From the NCBI GenBank assembly GCA_002633005.1, contig NMRA01000086.1:839390-903389 (forward strand): a stretch of 64,000 nt of DNA. The letters run 5' to 3'. Source of the DNA: Phoronis australis. Lineage: Eukaryota > Animalia > Phoronida. Position 1 is the stretch's first letter; every line of letters starts with the position of its first letter. Of the stretch, positions 14,381 through 42,399 are shown piece after piece. A program made the translations under genes and the position numbers. A model generated the notes under the pieces. It had not been told where the DNA came from, made no database searches, and saw nothing but the letters and a program-made list of their open reading frames with translations.

Positions 14381-16008
14381 CTGAAAAATGAATTACGAAT
14401 TCAATGTTAGAATTTCGAAAAAAAATTAACGACATCTTGACGATTTTAATGCATCTGTTTCCAAGCCTAATCGGAGACTTTTTATTTCACTTCCGAATGA
14501 CAAAAATTACGGAACGTCAGTTTTTAAACGAGTACCTCATCGTGCGTTAAATAAAAATTATTACACTGGCGAGCTTCTTGTGGGAGTTGGAGGAATAATC
14601 ACCTGGGGGCGCTAAAGCTCCTCCTCGGTCATGATCCCATTTTCATGGGGTCTGAAAAGCTACATACTGACCTCGGGGAGAGTCAACAATAGTGAACTAT
14701 TCAACACTAACAAACGGTTATTCTAGGAGAAGAAATGATCACTTTACGTAGAATCAAGATGTTACGCGAAACGAGAATCCATATCGGTGATCGGAGTCAC
14801 ATTGTCTCGACAACTTTGCCAAAAGTCAATATCGAAGATTTTTGCCATCAAACGAGCATGTCATTGCTGGTGCTACTGACTTTGTGAGGGACAATTAGTC
14901 GGTCAAATGTCAAACTACATGACAGCGTTTTCCTGTTGAGTGACTTTACCAGACGTAGGGGGTTCTGAGCATGTGATAACATGTAGCTTCTTTGTTAACT
15001 ACCAAGCACACTCTTTTGTCTCTTATGACAACAAGAAGGCCAATTATCTACCAGGCTTATTATAGACCACGTGTGAACACAGTCAAACTCTGAGTGAATT
15101 GGTGTATTCGGTAAGAATAGATTGTCGTAACTTGGTTGCAGTGGGGCGATTTTGGCGATTCAAAAGCTAAACATGATCACTATTTGACGAAAATTTCAGA
15201 AATGCTATTGGGTTATGTTCAAATATGTTATAACTTAACTTTTATGTTTAACAGCACAGCCCAGTCTGTGTAGATACGATCTTATTGGAGATTAGAGCAA
15301 TTAAAAGCGAACAAAAGAGAGCTGGCCCTCCAACCCTAAAAGCCAGAATGGAGTTAATCAGTCGTGTAAGATGTTGGCTACAGAGGTAAACTTCCCAACT
15401 TGTTGTTGGGCTATAGAATTGAACAAGTTGGGAGCAACGGCAAAACGCCGTAATGATGATATGCAAAATTAAATTTTACTTTTCCTCTGAGATAGCATTC
15501 ATTCAACATCTTCTGAAACATCATTGACGCTAACTCTTTAATTCAGGGTTGCCTTGACTCGACAAGATTCTTGAGGCATCTGCTACACCGACCAGATCTA
15601 TGTAAGCCACTCATAACTAGGATATGAGGCGGTGGCGTACTAAAATAAGGTATGCGCACCGATAGTGTGAAATCTGTGTTTTAACCGTGTTATTACAGTC
15701 AGTTACGTAAGAAATATTTGTTCTATATCATTCCACTGACAGTGATTTTCATATTAAAAGATTTCTTACCCCAGTGCTTCGGGATAAGAAAAGTCATAAA
15801 ACTATTTGACTACATCGGTAGTTGTTGTTCGTGTGCAATGAACGCTGTTAGCAAATAGAAACGTGAAATTAAAGAAGTAAGCGGTATCCAAATTACACGT
15901 TAGCTTTATTCGCGGCCATTTCTATTTTTAATTACGTAATCGAGCAAATCCCGCGACAACTGCACAAGTCAAAGTATCCTGTATAGTTTTTCTAGCACTG
16001 GCTGGCAT

Positions 16009-16142
16009 TCAGGCAAGCTCTGTTTCACAAATATAACCCCTCTGTGCAAGGCATCCCCAGTCAAGCCACTCTAGACTTCCAATCTCTAAGCGTATCCCCA
16101 GGCAGTTTTCAGCAAACAAATTAATTCCGTCGTTTGGCTCAC
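16009..16142 (-). CDS. C-type lectin terminal exon, proximal copy; frame is open but the acceptor reads CAT instead of CAG (possible pseudo-exon)
   Basis: Translates to (G)EPNDGINLFAENCLGIRLEIGSLEWLDWGCLAQRGYICETELA*. The preceding sequence is tatttcAT, where the distal copy has tttttcAG. Confidence 0.7.
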
Positions 16143-16193
16143 ATGAAATATGAATTACGTATGTTAGAATTTCTAAAAAATAACGCTATTTTG

Positions 16194-16898
16194 ACGACTT
16201 ATTTCCCACTTAGTCCGAATCAAAGACTTTATATTTCACTTCCGAAATATTTATTCTACTATAGCGTCGTGAAAAAGTTTTAATAACCTTACTCACCTTT
16301 TGCCCAATTAGTGTATCCCATTTTTGCACCTGTAGACTGCCACACCCATTCGCCTTCTTTAAGCCTGTCATTGCCTCCCACCCATAATTTCGTATTAGAC
16401 CCGCAAACCTGCCGCACCAGTGACGCCAGCAAAGCATTTTCTTCCTTGGTGTCTATGGTAACGAGGTGAGCTCCCTCTTTCTGGCATTCAGCCAGCGCCT
16501 TAGGCCAAGGGAATTTCGAACTGTTTTCGATTTTGTAGCAGGATTNACGACTTATTTCCCACTTAGTCCGAATCGAAGACTTTATATTTTACTTCCGAAA
16601 TATTTATTCTACTATAGCGTCGTGAAAAAGTTTTAATAACCTTACTCACCTTTTGCCCAATTAGTGTATCCCATTTTTGCACCTGTAGACTGCCACACCC
16701 ATTCGCCTTCTTTAAGCCTGTCATTGCCTCCCACCCATAATTTCGTATTAGACCCGCAAACCTGACGCACCAGTGACGCCAGCAAAGCATTTTCTTCCTT
16801 GGTGTCTATGGTAACGAGGTGAGCTCCCTCTTTCTGGCATTCAGCCAGCGCCTTAGGCCAAGGGAATTTCGAACTGTTTTCGATTTTGTAGCAGGATT
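16194..16898. repeat. Near-identical 352-bp tandem duplication around a single N (16546); likely a haplotype or assembly artefact
   Basis: 16194-16545 and 16547-16898 differ at only about 3 positions, and the junction is exactly the N. Confidence 0.85.
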
Positions 16899-17583
16899 TT
16901 CCAATCTTCTTGTATTCACCAGGGCATTGCTTGACGGGTGTAGGCTGGGTTGTAACGGATGGTTTGGTAAGCGGAGTCGGGGTGGTGGTTTTTACCAGCT
17001 GCAGAACGTGTTCCTGTGTTTTAAGGCAGCATTGGTTCAGCTGTTGATTGTTTGAGAGCATTGCTTGTTTGAACTTGACGAGTTCACTTGTCATGGAGGT
17101 CACCGCAGCTTTCACTGCTGTCGTTTCTTTTCTTCCTGATAACATTTCGGATTGCATCACTTTCATGTCCTTTCTCAAGGGCGATGTTACATTTTGAACT
17201 GCGTGCACAAGGGCATTCAATGAGGACATTTCGGTTTGAAGCGTTTTCATTTCGTTGCTGAACGACATTACCCCAGTTTGCACGATTTTCAGTTCACTTC
17301 CCACCGACGACGTCTTCCCTTGCTGCGCCTTCATACCAGCTTTCATCGAAGACATTTCGTTATGCAGGAGTTTTAGTTCCTTGTCTATCAGATTTTCCAA
17401 AGCATCAAACCGCAACTTTTGCATGTTGATCTGTTCGGACACATAACTTTGAAATCCCTGGATAAGAATTTGGATCCTCATAAGTTGAGCTTGGGTGTCA
17501 TCCTGGTTCGTGTTTGTTGCTGCCGCCGTAAACGAATATTTTTGGGAGACTAGCACGATTGCAAAAACGAGCTTCACATACAT
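16650..17583 (-). CDS. Secreted C-type lectin, exon 1: signal peptide, long heptad coiled-coil neck, T/P-rich linker, N-terminal half of the CTLD
   Basis: The 313-aa ORF starts with a hydrophobic N-terminus (MYVKLVFAIVLVS), followed by repeated E/D-M-K-x-x-Q-x-E-M heptads and TTTPTPLTKPSVTTQPTP. It then reads CPGEYKKIGKSCY..WPKALAECQKEGAHLVTIDTKEEN..LWVGGNDRLKEGEWVW..YTNWAKG. A phase-1 donor G|GTGAGT lies at 16650/16649. Confidence 0.92.
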
Positions 17584-18079
17584 GACGACAGTCGTAAATC
17601 TACTTGAAAACTACAAAATAAGCGCAATTCGTCAGTGAGCAATCTTTGGCCAGTTACGTATCAGCACCGGGCAGCTTTATCTGTGCTACGGTAATTGACT
17701 AACGTCACAGGATTCTACCGACTGTCCTTCTAAGCAACACAAAAATTCATTCCCAGTGCAACCACAAATTTAACCAACTGTGCAAATGAATTGCCCGCTT
17801 TGGACAGTGTATGAAATGAGTTGGAGTGAAGAATTTCGGAACGGAGCAACCCCCTTTCAAAAACGTAACTATGCCATTCCTGTTGTCTTGAAACACGTCA
17901 AATCGAACCCCAGTCATTGTTATAACATTTCATTGCCTTTCCCTCAGTTTATTCAAAGTAAAAACACAAGCCCAACAGCACGGTTAGTACTACAAGGGTA
18001 TTACTATTCTCAACAAACAAGACCAGGTTTGACGAGGTCTATTTCTGTATTTGCTCGTGTGATTGCTGTCTTCATATAG

Positions 18080-19436
18080 AACAAGAGCAACGCGGAGCGT
18101 TAAAATGCGCCCACGAATGCACCGCTAACGGTGTGCCTCTAGGGCTGTTTGTGTTTCATAAAAAACACTAGATGACGCAAAAACATCAAATCCATCTAAA
18201 AACGGGAAAATGCCATCGCTTCTTTAATAGAAAGCCATTTACCAAAGTTCATAAATATCAGTCACGGAACTTCAGAGAAATGAAGGAAAACGAAAAAAAA
18301 AAAAAAAACGAAATTGCCATTATAGGGCACAGCGTTCATTGGATCGGTCTGAAAGACGTCGTCTGTGCTGGCTTCATAAAAATACAATTAAATTTAATAA
18401 AGATCATGCAGTAAGTTAAGGAGCTGCAGCTATGGGCGCAAAACAAAACTGCCACTTGGTGGTGCCACAGTAGTCGAATTCGTTGTAGTCAACCGCCAAT
18501 TTTCAAAATCATCCTTAGAATGCCGGGTTTGGTTGATCGACGGGTGGACGCCAAAAAACAAACTCGAAAACAGGAAAAATGGCCACTAGGTGACGGAAAG
18601 TACCTGGATTCCATCCGAAAACGGGAGGATAGCATCATCTCACCAATTAGATGCCTATATTCCAAATTTTCTGAAAATCTGTTGAGGACCTTTGAAGATC
18701 AGAGGTAAACCTAAAAAACTAAAATTGTCACTAGGGGGCACACTGGTAGTCAGATCCGTCCGAAAGTTGTCATTTGTTGTGAACACAAATACACTAGCTA
18801 AATTTAGCAAAGATCCTGCAAACTGTTTAGGAGATACAGCCATGGGCGCAAAAAAAAACAAAACTGCCACTAGGAGGCGCCACAGTAGACGAAATCGTCG
18901 GAAAATCCGCTCTCTTCATAGTAACTAGAACATACATGCCAATTTTCACGATCATCCTTAGAGCGGTTTGGTTGATAGAGGGATGGACGCTAAAAACAGA
19001 GTCGAAAACAGCAAAAATGGTCACTAGCAGGTGGTGCAAACTTTGTCGAATCCATCCGAAAACGGAAGTATAGCGTCATCTCACTAACAGATGCCTATAT
19101 GCCAAATTTTATGAAAATGCGTTGAGAACCTTTGAAGATATATAGAGGTAAGCGTAAAAAACTAAAACTGCCGCTAGGGGGCACACCGGTGGTCGGTCCG
19201 TCCAAAAGTTCGCTCATGCCGTCACATCCATGAAAGAAACACATGTGCCAATTTCATAAATGTATGTCAGAGGGTTTTAGACTTTCAGAGATAGGGCAGC
19301 GGACGCCGGACGGACGGAAGCCGGACGGACTGACGCCGGACGGACGGACGGAAAGACGCCGGACGGATTGACGCCGGACTGACGGACGGAGATGACGGCA
19401 TAATGCGTCCACATATAAATATTATTGCGCATACAA
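18080..19436 (+). mobile_element. Non-autonomous Helentron/DINE-1/pearl-like element with internal ~420-bp tandem repeats and a GGAC microsatellite
   Basis: Starts AACAAGAGCAACGCGGAGCG, a start shared with 61751. Blocks 18421-18830 and 18831-19260 are duplicates. A (GGAC/GCCGGAC)n run lies at 19300-19390. Confidence 0.7.
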
Positions 19437-21405
19437 ATCATGTTGAGCAACCAATACTCCGGCAAGTTGAAAAGGCTACCTCTTGTGCTATGGAAATCGT
19501 ATTAATAACGAGTCGAAACAACTTGAACGCAACTGGATAGGCGCTCCAATCCTTATTATGACATGAGTAGCTAGCGATCTTCACGACCTTACCGCAGCTT
19601 TAACCCTCCCCATCCACGTCAATTAATTTTTAATTGCATGCTTACTGGTACCTGTGCCCAACGCCAGTTATAAAGCAGCCATGAAGAACTCAAATTTTGA
19701 TTTAGACCACTCAGCGTTACGAAATTGGTCTCAAATTGTTCCTCAATTAAAAAGTATACTAAATCCTGTTTTGATTATTTCAGACTTGCTAATACATCAT
19801 TGGCGTCCATCTTAATTGAAAGATATAAACGCAGGAATGGACTAAAATTCAAACCCCCGGCCCTTTGTCACAGATTGGGCGTTATGGTTCTTGGTGGGAG
19901 GTCTTTCTCAACATTTCCCTTGTAATTCGTTGAAAGCGTAGGCCACGCGTGCCCGTTTTGCAAACTCCGAAAGGAGCTCCCAAAATTTCCTCCAAACTTT
20001 TGAGGGTTGTCCATGGTTATAAACCATTATTTCGTTTCAAGGAATTAGATGGGAAGGTCATTTTTAATATCTGTCAATAGTACAGAACCCGGTTTGCTAT
20101 CCTTTCAAAGTCACTTGTCACAACACAGCTGCTGACTTGAGACCTAAACAATTAAACGTTACCAGGCAACACCATACGACTGGGCTTGTTGTTAGCTACT
20201 TGCTGAGCTCTCCTATCACCATGGAGACTATTGTGCTTGACCTAATGTCTCCCCGATGACCTCTGGGTTGGAAGGGCTTTCGAAATGACACTGTCGTGAA
20301 TTGGACTACTTTCACATAAGATTTCAAACCATATTGCAGAGTTCAAACTCTAGCTGAGGTCGCGCACATTAACAATGTATTATAATAAGGATACCAAGAC
20401 TTTAAGTAAATTAGGAAGGTAATGAACTACGTCCATATCTTAAAACTTCACCTGGTGGCAAAAGGTCTAAATCAAAATTTAGATTCTTGGAAGAAATGAG
20501 GGTTTATTGTCATTTCATCATAAGCACCTTAAAATGGAAAATTGAACAGAAACTAATGCAAAACTTATAAATGACCACACCTCTGGAAATTCACTGAAAT
20601 ATTTCTCCTGAAAAGGTGAAGCTACTTGGGTCATTCTACTGGCAATTGATGACTAACCCACAAAGTGATTTTGAGAATTTCCAAAAATGTTTTGATTTTT
20701 TAATTCACGCATTAATAGCTTGCCTGGATGAATGACAATGTCCCCCACCTGAACACTAAATAGTTATGACAATGTTTTATTACAAGATGAATGATCTTAT
20801 ACAGGGGACATAACTAACAAAGCTATGCTGCGGCTGTATCTTACATTTCTGTACAAGTCATGTGACAGGACAGAGCATAGGGAAGAAGGACACTAGGAGG
20901 CAAATCAATCAGCCAGATTAAACGCAACATATTTACAACTGTTATAAGCTGAACCAAGAATTGCACAAGTTGGGTGCATATTTTCAATCCATTAGGCCAC
21001 CAATTTTATTGGTATGAACTGTTCAAACTAACACTTGTACAAAATAATGGATAATTTTTCACAGAGAAGACATTAAGAGTTGCAATTAACTCCTCATCAA
21101 AAGTTCTCCAAAACATAAACCCGTGAAAAACAAGCAGTTTTTATTACAGTATATCAGTTACTTAGCAACTCAATGTCAGCTTCACTCCACATCATATTAA
21201 CTGATGTCTAACAGCACGCTCTTCAGCAAGTATTTATAGCACTTGCACCCACACCATACTTCCACTCAGCGGAGCCAGCATAAGGCAGGGCACATTCAGC
21301 AGCTGCCATTTTACATGCAGAATTCCTCCTCAAACTCAGATTTTATCCAAATTTGCCACCTGACCCAGCATATAGTCTATGAAGGACAGTTTTAAGCCAT
21401 CCGAC

Positions 21406-38344
<16,939 letters not shown>

Positions 38345-39583
38345 CTAAAGGAAAACCATTTAGCATTACAAGACAAGCTCCATTTTTATGAGATAATTAA
38401 AGCTTAACCACGTTATGTTGGTCAATACAAGGAAAGCCAACAAATGCCACCTTGTGAAACTCGTTAATTCAAATACAATGATAGATGAACCCCACATTTG
38501 CTACTGTTTGATGTTTGTTGTGAAGTGATATGTTGCAGCACTAAAGTGCTATAATATTTGTCACTGAAAATTCATGTAAACAAAGCTGGTTTGTGCACCA
38601 ACTTTTATGGATTAAGTGGACGGTGGAGGTAGAGTTCGGCAAAAGTGGCAGGCACCAGAGGGAGGATGGGGCATGAAAGTGGATGGGGATGCATTGCTCA
38701 TGCACCACTGCCAATGTGCCAAGTAGGTCAGTGCTTTGCATTGCTTCATTTTTTTTCTAAGAATTGCTAAGGGATTAGGGGACATGCATGCAATGATGGC
38801 CAGTGATTTATCTGGGAATCTACACCCAGAATATGACTTGTTATCACAAATATCCTGTTGTAAAAGTAGCCTGTGGCTGGCGCTGCAGTGTCCATACAGC
38901 AGGGAAATACCTCAGTGGCCGCCCAGTCACCCGAGGCAACTAAGTTTTGAGCCGGGCACCAAAATATCACTAGTTTTGTCACCCAGCATGCTTTATGATT
39001 AGTCCATGTTCGATTCCCAGTTGGGAAAATTGCTTTGACATAACAAGCTGTAAAAAATTGGCTTAGTCGGTGTGTGGATTTTGTCCTTTGTGGAGAATAG
39101 ACTAGCATTGTACAAGCAGCCACTGGTTGGCTGCACTACATGTTTTAACTATAGCTTATAGGGGTAATTGCTCTGGCATGAGAGCTCAGTCGAGCATTTG
39201 TGCAATTGCCAGCTTCTACAACTCGCTTGTGGGTCACACCTGGCAGGTCCAGGTTCAATTCTCAGTTGAAGGGGTTTGACTCAAGAGTTACTATAATTCA
39301 AACCATTTTGCTAAATGAGCCATGAAGCAATAAAAGTACAACAACCACAGAGCACAGACAGTAACAGTAAAAAGTAACATCAAACATAGCCAGCCAGCTG
39401 GCTGTATGGAGACTATCGTCAAAATACAGCTAGGTACCACTGTGTATATTTCTTCCGAAGACCCCGAAATTGCACGCAGCCAGGGTAGTTCTGCTCGTCA
39501 CCGCGCTGTGAAACTTTTATCAAAATGTAAAGCTAAAGACCGGACAGGGTGCATGCAAAATCTGGGAATCAACCGATACTCAC

Positions 39584-39740
39584 CTTGCCCGTTACAGCCG
39601 TTTAAGTGAAAAACAATGCAATAAACGTCATTTTCTTGCATAACTCTCCGCCTTTTCTAACAGTGAAAAGTATGTCGTCGTTTCGAAAACAATACGCTTG
39701 TGTCACGCACACGCGCCATTTCCTAAATTTTCGCGACAAC
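39584..39740 (-). other. Probable 5' exon / transcription start region of MMUT
   Basis: A strong donor CAAG|GTGAGT at 39584/39583 lies in a CpG-rich segment, with AAATGGCG near 39720. No open frame joins cleanly to the phase-0 exon at 38344, so this exon may be non-coding or another exon was missed. Confidence 0.4.
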
Positions 39741-41391
39741 TTTGGAGAAGCAAAATTTGTTCTGAAATTCGGTTTTTCGGTATCGGAATTCTAAAAAATT
39801 ATAATGAAGTGAAACCAGTTCCAATAATTTCTTGTGACGTGTACGCAAGCTCGTGAAAGAACAGCAGTTGATTGAAGAATCGGCGAAAAAAGAAAGTGAC
39901 CACTACGTGACGCAATATTTCATGACGCCGAAAGCCGTCGCTAAAGATCGCTCCACAACTTTAGCAGCAGAATAACGGTAGAACGCCATTTTTTCCAACA
40001 CTGTTAAATAATTTTGTTTACTCAAAAGACAAGGAAGACTGTAGTTTTTAATGACACTAATTTTGTGTCAGATTTTAACTTACCACTTTTTTACCCACAT
40101 CGGTGCAAAGCTGTATATTTATATACAGCTTTGTACCAAGGCTACATCAAACAGTAAAAAGTAACATCACTGTCAACTTATAGTGCACATTCACTGCCAG
40201 ACTCCATATTGCCTGGAACAGAGACAGAGTGGAGGTTTTTAGCGGTAGACGGTAAGAGAAAAACTTATGACTAAAGTAAGGAATAAAGCGGGTCATATGT
40301 CGTCAACTCGCCAGATGTCTCGAGATTGTAAAAAAGTTATTGAGCACTATTGTGTTGTTAGCGCTGTTCGTGTTAGTTATTGTTGTAATTGTCAACATCA
40401 TTCGTCCTTTATCTTTCTGTGGTGTCTTGTGATTTGTCAGTTTTATGGTTCCCCGGATGCTTCTTTTACTTAAACTGCTGGTGGGAACCCTGCTGGCAGT
40501 CTTTCAGCAAGCAATCAGGATGTCAGGCCTCAGCTCAGGGATGGGCACCTGGATTGGGTTTTACTGAAGCTTGAATAGCTGTGTTTTAACTGGTGAGTAC
40601 TTCTAGAGGCCTAGCTAGTGAACCTGCAGTAATACAACATTATTAACTGTTGTATGACTAATTAACCTGGCGCCCTAGCGGAGCGCCTTTGCCAAAAGCT
40701 CTCCACCATGGCACCAGTACTGGCACTAGGGCTTCCTAGTAGTGAGCCTTTGCCTTGGCATTGCGGCTGCCTTTGTTGCTAAACAATATTTTGGTCATAC
40801 TTATCTAACGCATAACAAAGCCAGAAATTTTTCCATACCTTTTTAAAATGCGCAGCCAGAAATCGCTCAGATATAGATGCCGCACTCAGCATTTTGAAAA
40901 TAGGTTCACCCTGAACATGAAAGCAACAACATCGAAGTGCGAAAGAGGGTCACCTTCAGTTTGACCTTCACCTTCGGAAACTTGACAAAAGATGTCACTA
41001 CTTTCTAGTATATATTCAATTTTAAAACACTAGTCTAGTATTCAAACAACTTTTCATTTAAATGCAATATCTTTTCAGCATATTGCCTTTGATATCAAAA
41101 TTAATGATTGTTTTTGGTTTCAAGGTTTACCGCTAGGAAACGCCAATTCTGCAGTTGAGCTCTTCTGTTAAGGGTGGTCAAGCTCAAATAATCATTTTAA
41201 CCGCTGTTGAAAATGCTTTGGCGTAATCAACAGTCATAAAATGATGAACATAACTAGACAAAGAGTTTTAAATAGTGATTTGGGGGGCCGATAAAATCCA
41301 AGGAGTAGACAGGTAGAGTGATGAATACGGAAGAGTTGCACTAGACCCCTCCTACAAATAGTGAACTTTTCCAATTGAGTAACCTCAAGCT

Positions 41392-41399
41392 TGACGTCA
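41392..41399. promoter_or_regulatory. Perfect CRE palindrome upstream of the cytochrome c cluster
   Basis: TGACGTCA, about 530 bp upstream of a candidate 5'-UTR donor (CG|GTAAGA, about 41930). Confidence 0.3.
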
Positions 41400-42399
41400 T
41401 TCTTTGACCCCGTTGAATAATTTCGGCAAAGCGGCGTGTGGCCAGTTCTCATAGTAAACGGTGAGTTTTTGAGTGAAATTGTGTGAAAAATGTTGGAAAT
41501 CAAAGCCCATTTACTAGCCAACATCTTTTACCATGTTGACATCTCATCATTTATGTGATAAATTTAAGAATGTGAGCATAATAGTGCTACGTTTCAATTC
41601 TCTCATTTCTGTCGCTTCTTAGTATTAGCGTCGGACAAATTATCGGAGTTAGAGCTCAGCGACAGAGGAAATTGTTTCGTAATCTTTTCCGGACATCAGC
41701 ATTGCCGTTGTAATTATTTAATTCAATGAAAAGACAGAGTGAAGACATCGTAAAAATGGATTCTATAAATTTCTGGTTCTGACTCTCAACCCTTGACTTG
41801 AGTCTGTCGTCGCCAGTGTTCTGTTCGTCGAAGAAACCGGGTCAACTGCGGGTCATGCGTGCTGGGAGAATACGATCACGAAGCCAAGTTCGACCTGTAA
41901 GATAAGCTGGTCACGTAGACATGTGTGCGGTAAGACTTAGTTCCTTAATTTGAAAAATCGTCATTTGAATTCATTACAGTTACATTTTTATTGACATCAC
42001 GTATACGTGTGCCATAAACTAAATATCTATTTTCTCCCAACTTTGCTTAACCTTGTTTTAAATGATGTATCTGTATTTAACCCTATTTTAATGTTCTGAG
42101 ACTATTGTGTTGAGGAGGCTACATAATTTTCATTCGTGCATCATACATTTTAAGTGAAGAAAAAAGTTTTCAAGCTCACCAGTTACTGCAACTAGACTAG
42201 GATTTCCTGTAACAGGTGATGAAATGGCTGATTTAAATTTCATCATTCTTGGAGGAATGTGTCTGACTTGAACTGGTCACAGAATGATTAGACAAGCCAT
42301 GGACAATATTGTTTACATTACTGAACAGCAATCTACTTCTGTTGTGAAGTTCAGTTCTGTTGAAAATTACTACCATTGCGTTTACTTGTCAGTTTAACC

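Noticed and set aside
16194-16545. Apparent second copy of the lectin exon-1 3' end (twin 75-aa ORFs at 16210 and 16563)
   Set aside because: It is near-identical and abuts a single N, which is typical of overlapping haplotype contig ends rather than a real duplication.
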